A stretch of DNA of 59,888 nt, counting the filler. It is 7 parts of 7 records of this genome, joined end to end, with 100 filler letters (N's around TTAATTAATTAA, not from the genome) between each part and the next. Parts side by side here need not be neighbours in the genome. Positions count along the whole stretch, not along the records: positions 1 to 6,755 come from SRR31156797_35082; positions 6,856 to 20,416 come from SRR31156797_35095; 5 more parts are not named here. One strand, written 5' to 3'. The notes under the pieces are model-generated. The model had not been told where the DNA came from, searched no databases, and saw only the letters and a program-made list of their open reading frames with translations. Positions 1 to 11,391 of this stretch are shown piece after piece. The position numbers were made by a program, and so were the translations under genes. Numbering within the stretch: position 1 is the first letter of the stretch; every line of letters starts with the position of its first letter.

Positions 1-30
1 GTTGGGTTACGCTGCGCTAACCCAACCTGC
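1..30. repeat. REP-like palindrome (GTAG-type family), copy at contig start
   Basis: GTTGGGTTA-cgctgcgc-TAACCCAAC hairpin; near-identical copies at 4680-4709 and 4721-4750. Confidence 0.8.
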
Positions 31-179
31 GCTGTATGGCCGATAGGCGGCCATGGCGCCCTGCTGCGATCCTATTAATGTAGATTGCCATCATTTGTCC
101 TTTTAAAAATTATCGGGCAGCTTCGTTTGGCGGGCCGCTCGTGAAGAATCCGGATAATATGAACGGCTATTGCCTTAAA

Positions 180-590
180 TCAGGTGCGATACAGCTTTTT
201 CCAGGGCGCGGACTTGTTTTTCAGATAATCCTTAACAGCCAGCTTAAGGGTTGACACCGCCAGCCGGGCGCAATGAACGTGGTCCGGGGGCAGGCCGCCG
301 AGTTCTTCAATAACGTCGTCGGCTGTGATCAAAAGGGCGTCCCTGACATCCTTGCCTATGGCCAACCCGGTAATCACGCTTCCGCAGGCTACTGTGTGAA
401 CGCAGCCTTCGGGCATGAAAACGGCTTGTTCTATAAGGTCGTTTTTCACCTTTAGACAGATTTCCATCATATCGCCGCAGGCGCCCCTGGGCGCGCCGTA
501 CCCGTCCGGATCGGACATGACCCCTATATTTTGGGGAGTGTACGCATGGCTTAGAAAGCTATCCGTGTAACCGGCTTGATTTTCTTCCAT
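180..590 (-). CDS. NifU/IscU N-terminal-domain Fe-S scaffold-like protein
   Basis: Motifs GACGD, EGC..TVAC, HCA; 136 aa. Confidence 0.85.
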   Translation of the reverse strand: MEENQAGYTDSFLSHAYTPQNIGVMSDPDGYGAPRGACGDMMEICLKVKNDLIEQAVFMPEGCVHTVACGSVITGLAIGKDVRDALLITADDVIEELGGLPPDHVHCARLAVSTLKLAVKDYLKNKSAPWKKLYRT

Positions 591-918
591 TTTTTTATAT
601 TAATCCTTGTCTGCCTGGTTTATCCATATTCATCCGCAATAAATGCTTTGCACATTAATTCATGGATGCCGGCCGTTAAAAAGCCGGGCAGCTTAAGGCT
701 CCCGGTCGGCCGGATCTATCTACTCAAATTAGTATACCCAGCGGTAAAAAATGCAAATACTTTTTTTCGGCCAAGCGCCGGGAGTTCAAATTCTTTTTCT
801 TTCCAAATACATAAACAATGTGATAACCTTTTGGCCGTCCGAATGTTTGTATTTAAGATATGCAATCTACGGATATAAAAAGGGGGATGCGACGCCGGAT
901 TATACGAAAGACCCGCCC

Positions 919-2148
919 ATGGTGAATAATCAAAGTGCGATATTGGAAAGCGAAAGGCCGTTTTTTTTCAAACGTTCCGGGCTTGTGTTTTTTACGGGCG
1001 TCTTTCTTGTGGGCGTCTGGCTGGGCAAGCTGCATATATCCGTATTGAGCGCGATATTTATTTCGTTATGGGCGATTTCGGCTTCATGGAGCCGCCTGTC
1101 CCTGGTGCGCGTCTTTCACAGCCGCAGCCTTTCTGAAACAAGAATATTTCCCGGCGAGGAAACGACAATCTCCACGACCCTGGAAAACAAAAAGGCCGTC
1201 CCCCTGGCCTGGCTGGAATCTTCGGAAGACTTTATTCTTCCGGATCAAACCGAGATTATCGAAAACGGGCAGGCAAGGACTCCGCTCAGGACGGACAGCT
1301 TTTTTATTTCAGCGCCTCTTTTATGGCGGCGCAGGCTGGTGCGGAGCCTTAAAATAAGCGTCGGGAAGCGGGGAATTTATCAGGTTGGGCCGGCCGTCTT
1401 GAGGTCCGGGGATCTTTTCGGCTTGATTCCAAGAATTAAAAGCTTTGATAAAATAGACCGTCTCATTGTTTATCCGAAAATATACGATCTGGGCGTGTTA
1501 AAACTGCCGGTTCAGAGGCCTTTGGGCGAATCGACAGGAACCAGCAGGATATTTGAAGACCCGACCAGGACCATGGGGCTTCGCGAATATACGCCCGACG
1601 TCCCTTTCAGGCACATCCACTGGAAGGCGAGTGCGCGACGGCAAAGGCTGCAGGTGAAAGTATTCGAGCCGACTACGTCGTTAAGCGCGTCCGTCGGCCT
1701 GGGGGTTGAAGGCTTCGAGCTTGAGGATGAAGAAACATTTGAGCTGGCCGTCAGCATGGCCGCATCCCTGGTATGCCATTTGGCGGACCGAAAACACCCG
1801 GTTGGCTTTTTCACTAATGGAGTCACTGGACCCGACGCCGGGCCGGTAAGAATAAATCCCGGCCGCGGCCGGGAGCAAAGCATGCTGATTCTGGAGAAAA
1901 TGGCGGGATTGACTTCGGAAGGGGCGCTTTCTTTCCCTGACCTGGTCGGCGGCCTGCCGGGCCGCGTGCCCCGGGGTACGACAATAAATATTTTTATAAG
2001 CAGCCTGCAGCCGGAACTTATGACCAGGCTGGAAGAACTGCGATTATTGGGATTTAAACCCTCCGTGTTTCTATTCGGCCGGGATCCGGCGCCGTCGGTT
2101 TCCATCCCCTGCCGGAAGATCAGCGGCCCCGAGGACTTTAAGCTTTAG
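919..2148 (+). CDS. DUF58 family protein (MoxR-associated)
   Basis: N-terminal TM pair, RG.Y.VGP..L.SGDLFG, LIVYP, GLREYTP..PFRHIHWKASAR; ATG 919 preferred over the ORF-track start at 751. Confidence 0.85.
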   Translation: MVNNQSAILESERPFFFKRSGLVFFTGVFLVGVWLGKLHISVLSAIFISLWAISASWSRLSLVRVFHSRSLSETRIFPGEETTISTTLENKKAVPLAWLESSEDFILPDQTEIIENGQARTPLRTDSFFISAPLLWRRRLVRSLKISVGKRGIYQVGPAVLRSGDLFGLIPRIKSFDKIDRLIVYPKIYDLGVLKLPVQRPLGESTGTSRIFEDPTRTMGLREYTPDVPFRHIHWKASARRQRLQVKVFEPTTSLSASVGLGVEGFELEDEETFELAVSMAASLVCHLADRKHPVGFFTNGVTGPDAGPVRINPGRGREQSMLILEKMAGLTSEGALSFPDLVGGLPGRVPRGTTINIFISSLQPELMTRLEELRLLGFKPSVFLFGRDPAPSVSIPCRKISGPEDFKL

Positions 2149-2172
2149 CGGTAACAAGGAATTTGAATTTAA

Positions 2173-3561
2173 GTGCGGTTTAACAGGAATAGAGAAATAT
2201 TGAGGCTGATTTTCATAGGGATGGAAATGTCCTGGCTGGCCGCTTTGTTTGTTATGCTGGCTGAAGTGGTCCGCGAACCCGGATCTGTATCCATGGCTGT
2301 AGTATGTATTTTATACCCGATTTCCTTTGCCCTGGCCCGCCCAGGCCTGCATAAAAAACTGAGCCCATGGAATCCGGCGCCGGTCGGATTGGCCCTGATA
2401 GCTGTTTTGGTCCTGGTTGATTTTTATTCTTTTGCCGGCGAGGTTCTGACCTGGAAAAAAATGCTGGTCGCCGCGACAGGCGGCTTGTTCGTCTGGATTC
2501 GGGGATGGTTTCTGGCCGGGCGGCAGGTGAATAAAAGCGGGATGATTGCCGGATTCCAGGCAGGCTTGGTCGTCCTGGTCATAACATCACTTATGTCGGG
2601 CTGGATAATCCCGCCGGGACCGGGAGCGGCCGCTCCGATCCTTTCTTTTTTTACATGCGGTTTGTTGGGCCTGTGGCTGGCCATGCAATTGGAAAAGCCG
2701 TCAGCGGCCGGTGCGGGCGCCCTGTCGAAATGGACAATTGTCGCGGCGGTTGCAATCGGGGCGATAATATTTTTGGGCTTGGCCCTGTTTTTCTTTATGG
2801 ACAGACAAATCCTGGATTTGCTTTTGAAGCCGATATTGTGGATATGGGAGCAAATCCTGGCCCTGCTCAAGGCTTTGGCCGGTTTGTTCGATCAACAGCA
2901 CGCGGCCTATGATTTGCCCGAGGGCCGGCCGCGGCCGCCAAGGGGAGAAGGCGGCGTATTTCTCTGGGATTTCAAATGGGTCAAAAGAATTGCCGAAGCA
3001 GCTTTTATATCCAGCTCGGTTCTTATTATCTGCGCCGCGCTCATGCGAACTCTCCAGGATCTTTTGCGCTGGATGCGCCGGAGATGGGTTCTGCCTGCTG
3101 GAACATCAATTGAAGTGATGGAAGGCGGAATACTTGATGATTTAAATGCCCTGGTCTTGTATCTTTGGGAAAAAATCAGGCGTCTGCTGAAAATATTATT
3201 TCGAAGAAAAAGCACGGGCGCGGGCTTGAATCCCGAACAGGAAAGCATCAGGGGAATATACCGGCGAATGATCCGCTGGGGGGGCGCTATAGGACGCCCC
3301 ATGGAGCCGTCCTGGACGCCTGATGAATATTGCCTGGTGCTTTCATCCGCGGCAGGAGAAGCAGCCGGAGACATTCGGATGATCACCCGGGAATATGTTA
3401 AGATGCGTTACAGTCGAAATTCGCCGAAAAAGGAACAGGTGCGGCAGGTGCATTCTAGCTGGAAAAGAATTAAAAGTGTGAAAGTCAAGGCCGAATCCGG
3501 CAGGAAAAAAGCTGTTGATTCAAAGAAGCGGATATCGGAACACAGTGGAGAAGGAAAATGA
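2173..3561 (+). CDS. Multi-pass membrane protein with C-terminal DUF4129-like domain
   Basis: Many TM segments; C-terminal IR..Y..M...G....WTPDEY...IT..YV..RYS pattern; lies between DUF58 and MoxR. Confidence 0.7.
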   Translation: MRFNRNREILRLIFIGMEMSWLAALFVMLAEVVREPGSVSMAVVCILYPISFALARPGLHKKLSPWNPAPVGLALIAVLVLVDFYSFAGEVLTWKKMLVAATGGLFVWIRGWFLAGRQVNKSGMIAGFQAGLVVLVITSLMSGWIIPPGPGAAAPILSFFTCGLLGLWLAMQLEKPSAAGAGALSKWTIVAAVAIGAIIFLGLALFFFMDRQILDLLLKPILWIWEQILALLKALAGLFDQQHAAYDLPEGRPRPPRGEGGVFLWDFKWVKRIAEAAFISSSVLIICAALMRTLQDLLRWMRRRWVLPAGTSIEVMEGGILDDLNALVLYLWEKIRRLLKILFRRKSTGAGLNPEQESIRGIYRRMIRWGGAIGRPMEPSWTPDEYCLVLSSAAGEAAGDIRMITREYVKMRYSRNSPKKEQVRQVHSSWKRIKSVKVKAESGRKKAVDSKKRISEHSGEGK

Positions 3562-4547
3562 CAATTCCGGGTAAAGAGTCGAAAAAACTTGCGCCGGTTG
3601 AAGAAGAGATAAGCCTTGTTTATGAGGCGGCCAATAGGATTGTTGATAATGTCCAGAAAGTTATTGTGGGAAAGGAAAAAGCCATCCGGCTGGTTTTGAC
3701 GGCTTTGTTCTGCGAAGGCCACGTGCTTCTGGAAGATGTGCCCGGCGTTGGCAAGACCCTGCTGGCCAAGGCCATGGCCAGGTCTCTGAATTGCAGTTTC
3801 AAACGCATCCAATTCACGCCCGATTTGCTGCCTTCGGACGTAACCGGCTTGAATTTTTTTAACCAGCAGACATCTGATTTTCAGTTTTTGCCCGGGCCTA
3901 TAATCGCCAATATTGTTTTAGCCGACGAAATAAACCGGGCTACGCCCCGGACCCAGTCCTGCCTGCTGGAAGCCATGCAGGAAAGACAGATAACCGTTGA
4001 CGCGGACACAATGTCGCTGCCTCGTCCGTTTCTTGTGCTGGCGACCCAAAACCCGATTGAACAGGAAGGGACGTTTCCCCTGCCGGAAGCCCAATTGGAC
4101 CGCTTCCTGATTATGGTTAAACAGGGATATCCTACTCCAGGGCAGGAAGAAGAAATCATAATGAGGTTTGAACAGTCCAATCCTTTGAACGGGCTCGGAC
4201 CGGTAATTGAAAAAGACGAGTTGATGACTCTCCAGACTCTTTGCCGCAAGGTTTTTGTTGAACCTTCCGTCAGGCAGTACATTGTCGGCATCTGCAGATC
4301 GACCAGGGAACATGAAGCGGTCCGGCTGGGGGCCAGCCCCAGGGCCGCACAGGGTCTTTACCGGGCCGTTCAGACCATGGCGGCCATGAACGGCCGGGAT
4401 TACGCCCTGCCCGATGATGTTAAAATGCTGGCTGGTCCGGTTATCGGCCACCGTTTGGTTGTGAAAGCAGAATACACTTTAAAGGGGCGCAGCGGCGTAG
4501 AGGTTGTTGAGGAAATTATGGAAAACGCCAAGGCGCCGGTGGAATAG
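3558..4547 (+). CDS. moxR: MoxR-family AAA+ ATPase
   Basis: HVLLEDVPGVGKT, RIQFTPDLLPSD, LADEINRA, ATQNPIEQEGTFPLPEAQLDRF. Confidence 0.95.
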   Translation: MTIPGKESKKLAPVEEEISLVYEAANRIVDNVQKVIVGKEKAIRLVLTALFCEGHVLLEDVPGVGKTLLAKAMARSLNCSFKRIQFTPDLLPSDVTGLNFFNQQTSDFQFLPGPIIANIVLADEINRATPRTQSCLLEAMQERQITVDADTMSLPRPFLVLATQNPIEQEGTFPLPEAQLDRFLIMVKQGYPTPGQEEEIIMRFEQSNPLNGLGPVIEKDELMTLQTLCRKVFVEPSVRQYIVGICRSTREHEAVRLGASPRAAQGLYRAVQTMAAMNGRDYALPDDVKMLAGPVIGHRLVVKAEYTLKGRSGVEVVEEIMENAKAPVE

Positions 4548-4679
4548 CTAGTTACAGGCTGGTTCGTCATAAACCTGCTGCCTCCCGTGGAAAGCTATAT
4601 CCCTACGTCATGTTTTTTATCTGATGTATATGATGTCGTGAACGGGAAATACTACATATAAAAACTTATCAATTATTTT

Positions 4680-4750
4680 GTAAGTTGGGTTAGGGCAGCG
4701 TAACCCAACGCATTGATATTGTTGGGTTACACTGCGCTATCCCAACCTTC
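4680..4750. repeat. Inverted pair of REP-like palindromes (REPIN-like)
   Basis: GTAAGTTGGGTTAGGGCAGCGTAACCCAAC (4680-4709) and GTTGGGTTACACTGCGCTATCCCAACCTTC (4721-4750) in opposite orientation, 11 nt apart. Confidence 0.8.
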
Positions 4751-4857
4751 GAAACTTCTACGACAAATTTTCAATCTTTATACAGCGCTCAACACTCGTC
4801 TTCGGGCATATGGAACGCCTGGCTTCATGTCCGGTAGAGTCGGCGCCTTATTATTTG

Positions 4858-4866
4858 TGTTATAAT
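4858..4866 (+). promoter_or_regulatory. Extended -10 promoter element
   Basis: TGTTATAAT (TGn-TATAAT) about 70 nt upstream of ATG 4934. Confidence 0.5.
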
Positions 4867-4933
4867 TAAAACACCGGGTTATTATTTTGCGATCTTATTA
4901 AGCGAATCCAATTGATTATATAGGGGGTATGCT

Positions 4934-6664
4934 ATGGCCGGAAAACCGAATGTTGGTTTTTGGCTGGTTACAGCCCTGGTTGTTTTGGGCTTGGTAGTCT
5001 TTGCCGTTTACAGGGCCGGATTTCTCGGTTCCCAACCTGAAGGCGACCTGGTTGCAAAAAAAACCGGCCCCAAAAGCGACGGAAAAAATTTATCCGGAAA
5101 AAAACTGGAAATAGATTTTTATTCATCAAGCGCCAAAAGAAACTGGATCAACGAGATGGTTGAGAAATTCAATGCATCCGGCGCCCGGGTCGAAGACTAT
5201 ATCATCAGGGTCAAGGCGCATCACGTTACTTCCGGCGGCAGCTTTGACGATTTGAAAAGCGGGAAAATTAAACCCGACGTCTGGTCTCCCGGCGATGAAT
5301 CCTGGCTGAAACTGGCCGCGGCCCATTGGCGGGATGTAAAACAAAAAACCCTGTTCGACGATTTCAAGCCTCTGGTAAATATTCCGTTAGTCGTGGCCAT
5401 GTGGGAGCCCATGGCCGAAGTGCTCGGGCACCCCAATCCTATTGGTTGGAAGGATCTGGCCAGGGTCGCAAACAATCCCGATGGTTGGGGTGCATACGGA
5501 CACCCCGAGTGGGGAAGATTCAGGTGGGGACACGCTCATGCGGATGCCAATTCCGGATTTCTAACAATAATTTCAGAAGTGTACGCCGCACTGGGAAAAA
5601 CCGACGGCATAACACCGGCAGACCTGAAAAAACCCGAAGTAATGTCGTTTTTGAAGGAATTCGAAGGGGCTGTTGAACACTACGGCCTTTCCAACAGTTG
5701 GATCGACAAACTCATGCACCAAAAAGGGCCGGCTTACCTGTCCGCAACCGTTCAGTATGAAAATACAATCATTCAAACCAATGAAAAGCATGATTATAAA
5801 CCCTTTCGTCTAGTGGCCATATATCCGAAAGAAGGCAACTTCTGGACCCAGCACCCGGCGGCCGTTTTAAGGGAGGATTGGACCACGCCTGAAAAAATGG
5901 AAGCCGGCCGGAAATTCGTGGATTTTTTACTCAGTGAAAAATGTCAGCGCCGGGCCATGGAGATGGGATTAAGGCCGATAAGCGGCGGCTTCAAGCTTTC
6001 AGAGCCGTTTGATGAAGAACATGGAGTCAAGGCGGATATTGATACTGGCAAGTCCTTTAAAGTACCCGAGGAAAATGTGCTCAAGAGGATAAGAGATCTT
6101 TGGGAAAACGTGAAAGTTCCGGCTACGATAATCCTTATTCTGGATCGGTCAGGCAGCATGGCTGGCGACCCCATGGACAAGGCCAAGGAAGGTGCGGCGC
6201 AGTTTATTAAAAACATGAAGCCCAGGGATGAATTGCAGATTATTGTCTTTAATCAAACCGTAACAGAGCTTACGGACCTGTGCACAATCCGGGAATGCGG
6301 AGAGGGCGCCCTGGGAAAATTAAAAGGGCTTTTCGGCGAGGGTAAAACGTCGCTGTACGATGCTATTTCATCGAATTATAAAAAAATAGATAAGCTGAGA
6401 AAAGACGGGCCTCGCCGCAGGTACGCCCTGCTAATACTGTCGGACGGCAAGGACACCAGCAGTAATGTGGACAGGTACGATTTTATGGACGCTCTGCCCG
6501 GGGACGAGGATTTTGATTCGCCGAAAATTTATACTATTGCCTATGGAGAAGAGGCGGACAAGGACTTGTTGACTGAAATAGCCAACAGGACCAATGCCCG
6601 AATATTCGCCAGTTCGGCCGAAGAAATCGCCAAGACGTACCGAGAATTAAGCGCCAATTTTTAA
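4934..6664 (+). CDS. Membrane-anchored extracellular solute-binding domain fused to a vWA domain
   Basis: N-terminal TM; SBP-like PDVWSP and YPKEG..WTQHP; vWA MIDAS DRSGSM, TSLYDA, LSDGKD, TIAYG. Confidence 0.85.
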   Translation: MAGKPNVGFWLVTALVVLGLVVFAVYRAGFLGSQPEGDLVAKKTGPKSDGKNLSGKKLEIDFYSSSAKRNWINEMVEKFNASGARVEDYIIRVKAHHVTSGGSFDDLKSGKIKPDVWSPGDESWLKLAAAHWRDVKQKTLFDDFKPLVNIPLVVAMWEPMAEVLGHPNPIGWKDLARVANNPDGWGAYGHPEWGRFRWGHAHADANSGFLTIISEVYAALGKTDGITPADLKKPEVMSFLKEFEGAVEHYGLSNSWIDKLMHQKGPAYLSATVQYENTIIQTNEKHDYKPFRLVAIYPKEGNFWTQHPAAVLREDWTTPEKMEAGRKFVDFLLSEKCQRRAMEMGLRPISGGFKLSEPFDEEHGVKADIDTGKSFKVPEENVLKRIRDLWENVKVPATIILILDRSGSMAGDPMDKAKEGAAQFIKNMKPRDELQIIVFNQTVTELTDLCTIRECGEGALGKLKGLFGEGKTSLYDAISSNYKKIDKLRKDGPRRRYALLILSDGKDTSSNVDRYDFMDALPGDEDFDSPKIYTIAYGEEADKDLLTEIANRTNARIFASSAEEIAKTYRELSANF

Positions 6665-6733
6665 GTTACTAACTCCCCAACTGAGCGCAAACGCCAGGAG
6701 ATTTATATCAAGGGAAATAATGCCGACCTGACT

Positions 6734-6755
6734 GTAGGGGCGGTTCGCGAACCGC
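6734..6755. repeat. Second GTAG-type REP-like palindrome, truncated at contig end
   Basis: GTAGGG-GCGGTTCGCGAACCGC (perfect 16-bp palindrome). Confidence 0.65.
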
Positions 6756-6855
6756 NNNNNNNNNNNNNNNNNNNNNNNNNNNNNNNNNNNNNNNNNNNNT
6801 TAATTAATTAANNNNNNNNNNNNNNNNNNNNNNNNNNNNNNNNNNNNNNNNNNNN
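6756..6855. other. Artificial contig spacer
   Basis: 44 N + TTAATTAATTAA + 44 N. Confidence 0.99.
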
Positions 6856-9800
6856 TGCAGTTCCACCAGTCAGATTGGATTCACTCAAAGTTTGTCCGTA
6901 AGTGATTGCATTAGCCGTTGGCCAATTATCAACAGTAGGTGTTGCTTTATTAACCGTTAATTTTCCTGGTATATAAGTAATGTCGTAGTGTGGAGAACTT
7001 AGACCAGAGGCTACGATATTTTCATCTTGTACTTCAAAACTTAAAGTTCCTTCCAGATTATCAGCAGTATGGTTATGAACAAAGCCTTCATATGTAACAG
7101 TGAAATCAGGTAAAGGATCTCCGTAGGTCATGCTTGCATCCTGAATTGTTATGCTTAGAGGATGTTGAATAGGATCTACCGTTACAGAGAATGAAAATGG
7201 ATCACTTGTATATTTACCATCAGAAACTTGTGCTTTAATCTGTAAATCTCCATAATAGAATGGATCGGGAGTAAGTGTGGAATTACTTACAGTGTAATTA
7301 TCTCCACCCAGATAGGTAAAGCTATATACCGCAGTCGGATCTTCATCATCATCTTTTACGGTAAACCATTCGGAAAGGAAATTCAAATTGTCATTCTCGT
7401 CAAATGAAATATCCTGAACACTTTCTATTGATGGCTGATGAAAGTTGGCTCTTGATAATTGACGAGAGCAAAGAATTTTGTATTCCCCTCTTTTCAGGTA
7501 GTATTGCTGACTGGTGCTTGATACATTTATATTGCTGCCATCTTCAAAATTGTACCATGTACCTGTGCTTCCAAAATGTGGAGTAATGTTCCCATCGTTC
7601 TCACTAAAATTTCCAATTACAATTAACTGAAATCCTTCATCAGATTTTGTTTTGCCATTTAAGGTAATTCGTTTCATAGTACCGGAAATATCAAAATCCT
7701 GAGCTGTATCGTTATTGTAAAGCGTGTAAGTATTTCTCAGGTGCAACAAGTCGGCATAAAATTCATACAAACCCTTTCGCTGTTCATTTTCGAAATAATC
7801 CCAGCGCACTGGTTTTCTTCCAGTTCTGCCATTGTAATCAATGCTGTAATCGTAACCCAACTCGCCAAACTGCCAAATCATTCTGGCTCCAGGCAGCAAT
7901 AGGTTAAAGGCAGTGGCAGCCTTTAGTCTTGGAATGATGATTGCCAATTGTTCATTTGTTGGTTCCTGGTAAAGGTCGAATGATCCGGCGTTTATATCCC
8001 TGCCATATTTCATTGCTTTAAAAGCCAAACGTTCCTCATCGTGACTTTCCATATAACTCATGAGGTTGGCATATTGGTAGGACTTGTTTCTGTAGTATGC
8101 TTCAGAAATGTTTACATTGTTACTCCATCCCATAGCCATTTCTTCGTATTTTTCAGAGATGCCTTTACCTCCCCACATCATGATTCCATCGTTGGCCAGT
8201 TCACTGTCTTCACTGGCATCAGCCAAATGTTCGAATATGGTAATAACACTCGGGTGCTTGCTTCTCATGGCACCAACCATTCTTTTAAGAATGCCAATGC
8301 GCTGAGCATCGTAAGAACTTCCCCAGCTGTCGGCAGGATAACTTGTATTGCTGAATCCTTTGGTAAAGTCAAATCGGAATCCGTCGAAATGGTATTCCTC
8401 TATCCAAAAATTAAGGATGGAATCTACCAGGTGTTGAGTGTGTTCACTTGTATGGTTAAAATCGGCACCCCAATGCGCTCCCGGGTTTTGAAAGTTGTGT
8501 TCTTCATTGTACCATGGATTATTTACAGCCGGACGGTTATCTGTATCGTTCCAATACATCTTAGCCAAGGGACTTGAGTAAAAAGAATGATTTAACACCA
8601 TATCGTTAATAACAGCAATGCCTTTTTCATGGGCAGCATCTATAAAACTTTTCAGATCATTCTTGGTTCCATAAGCCTTATCGGGAGCAAAGTAAAAGTT
8701 GGGATTGTATCCCCAGCTGTCGTTTCCTTCAAACTCACTTACTGGCATCAGGTGAATACAGTTGATCCCCATATCTTTAAGGTAATCCAGCTTTTCAGCA
8801 GCAGCATTATAGTTTCCTTCAGTAGTGAAATCACGGATGTGTAGTTCATAAACATTTAAGTCGTTATGAGACGGAACAGTAAAATTACTGACTTGCCATT
8901 GGTAAGTCGATTGACCCGTTTGAAGAACAGATGCACGATCGTTGGCTTTTCCACTTGGATAGGCAATCAGCCCCGGATAAGTTGCAGATGAAATGTATTG
9001 ATCATCCGGATCGCTTACTTTTTCGGTATATGGATCTGCAATTTGTAAATAACCATCAATCAAATATTGGAATACATACTCTTGTTCCGCTGTTAAATCT
9101 TCCAAAGTAATCCACCAGTAATTGCCATCAGTTGTTTTCTTCATTTTGCTGGCTTCACTTACAGTCCAGTTGTTAAAATCACCCAATACATGGACAACCG
9201 ATTTGGACGGAACAGATTGGTTGTCATATACATTTCCGTAACCATCTTTGTAAGTGATAGAAGTAGGAGTATGAAGAACAAGTGTTGCTTTGGTATCGTT
9301 ATCTTCCAATCCGGATCTGTTTTTGTGATAGATAATTCCTTTTTCTCCGGGCTTAATCCATGAAGGAAGATCTTCCACAATAACAGAAGAATATACATTC
9401 ATCTCAATCGACTTCTCTTTGCCAACGCTTCCGTTGGTGGCTCGAATAAGAACTGTATGAGTTCCTGATGTACTAAAGTTATGGTTTACAGTGCTTGAGG
9501 ATATGTCCGTTTCGATATGAATGGACTGATTATCTGCTAGTATTTCAATATCTGAAATTTCAGAAGTGGTGAAATTGATTTCAAAGGAAGATCCTGCTTC
9601 AACGGTTCTTTCCTGAGAAATTGGATGAAGAATACTAATATAAAATTCGGGATCAGTTTCAAGATAATAATCTTCATTTTCTTCATTTTTCTGAACTTTA
9701 GATCCATCCTGATTTCTGAAAAGTAAGCCAATTCGGAACAGGTTTTCGTTCGGATCACTGATTCCAAAGTAAATTGATGGTGTTAAGGTAATTTGCCATA

Positions 9801-11328
9801 CTCCAGTTGAGATTTCGGTTAGTTGTCCGCTTGTATTGTCACCCCATTGTGATTGACCTACATAATCGGCTGTACTGTTTCCCGGTCCTGAAGTTACTGC
9901 CCAGCTGTGCATATAGATTTGGCTTTCACCTTGTAGTTTTTTACCAGTAGCAAGGTCCGGTCGAAAGGTAATGGTAATTTCATCAGATATTTTTGGTAAG
10001 GCAGGACTTATTTCAATCCAATCGGGGATGGTGGCAGCTTGAAGAGCTAAAGAGAAATTCGCTCCACTATTGTCCTCTTTCAAAGTTCCGTCAGCTGATC
10101 TAAAGAGAAATTCTAAACCGCTTACTTCTTCTCCCGGAAGTAAGTTTGCAAAATCAGATGTTGGTGTAAAACTAAATGTCCATTGATTTGCTGAACTTCC
10201 CTGAGTCATAATTCCAACATTATCATCTTCTCCCCAGTTGCCTATCCATTCATTTTTACCCGATGTAGTACTTACACCATAATGCAGATAAACTTTTGAG
10301 GCATTTTCCAATGCAGTTCCTTTGGCATTAAAAGAGATGCTTATCTGCTGGTCAGCAGAAGGATTTTCAGGTGAGGTTACAAGCATAGGAGGATCGGCAA
10401 TCGTTATGCTTACTGTATAGTCTTTGGTTGAATTGTTTTCTGCGGTAACCGTATATGTTTGAGGATTTGTAAAATCTCTTTCAATACCTGAAAGTGGAGA
10501 GATAGAAGCCTCTGGTGATACTTCAATAGTTGGAGTCACCTGGCTTAGGTCTATACTTGTATTGTAAGGTAATACCAAATTAACAGTATTGTCACCAATA
10601 GTGGCATCCATACCATCAACTGTAAATAGGGTTATGTCCTTAGCGATACTTAATTGGGTTACCGAAGCTGTATATGTACTTTCTGAACCGTCTTCAGCTG
10701 TTACTACATACTGAACAGGGGAAGAAAAATCTTGTGCAGTACCCGATGCTGGTGATATTGTAGCATGCTCTGAAACTTCGATTACCGGACTTAGACTGGT
10801 AATGTCTGTTTCTGCAGGGATTTGAATTGAAATCTGGTCACCAGAGATTTGAGCATTTTGTCCATCAATTGAAAATGCTGTTAGCTCTTTTCCGGAGTGA
10901 AAGACATGTGCTTCTGTGAGTGTTAGTTCAAAGTTTCCTGTTTCGTTGTTGCCTCCAGGATCATATTGATTTCTAAATTTTAGATCGATACTGTAAACCG
11001 TTGTACCTTCACTTAAAGAGAAATACTCTTTAGGAGTAATGGTTTTTTTCCACACTTTTGTTCCTTCATGTGCGGTCATTTCCTGACTGTCATTCAGATT
11101 TGAAAAAGCATCGTTTACATTATTCCAGTGACCAGCAGTTGTATTTACTCCTGCATGCAAGTAAATTTTGGCTTCTCCATCGGTCCAAAAAGAAGAACTT
11201 TCTTTATCGAAATAGATGGTAATTTCGTCGTTTATGGTAGCATTGGCTGGTTCAACCCATACTGTTTGGGCTATTCCGTTCAGGAGATATCCTGTAAGTA
11301 AAATAAAAAGAAGTAAAGATTTTCTCAT
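6856..11328 (-). CDS. Secreted multi-modular GH13 alpha-amylase-family protein (3' end truncated)
   Basis: Signal peptide; catalytic motifs GFRFDFTKG, IFEHL, ESHDEER; WGYNP; repeated N-terminal modules; C-terminal Ig/MBG-like domains run into the gap. Confidence 0.9.
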
Positions 11329-11357
11329 ATGTTATAATTGTAGGATTAGATGAGAGT

Positions 11358-11365
11358 CAAAAATA
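11358..11365 (-). promoter_or_regulatory. Bacteroidota -7 promoter element for the amylase
   Basis: TATTTTTG on minus strand matches TAnnTTTG, 30 nt upstream of the start. Confidence 0.55.
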
Positions 11366-11391
11366 AGATTATGAGTGGCTTAAGTTGTTTC

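Noticed and set aside
1-4750. CRISPR array from the ~30-nt palindromic repeats
   Set aside because: Copies are inverted or kilobases apart, with no regular spacers and no cas genes.
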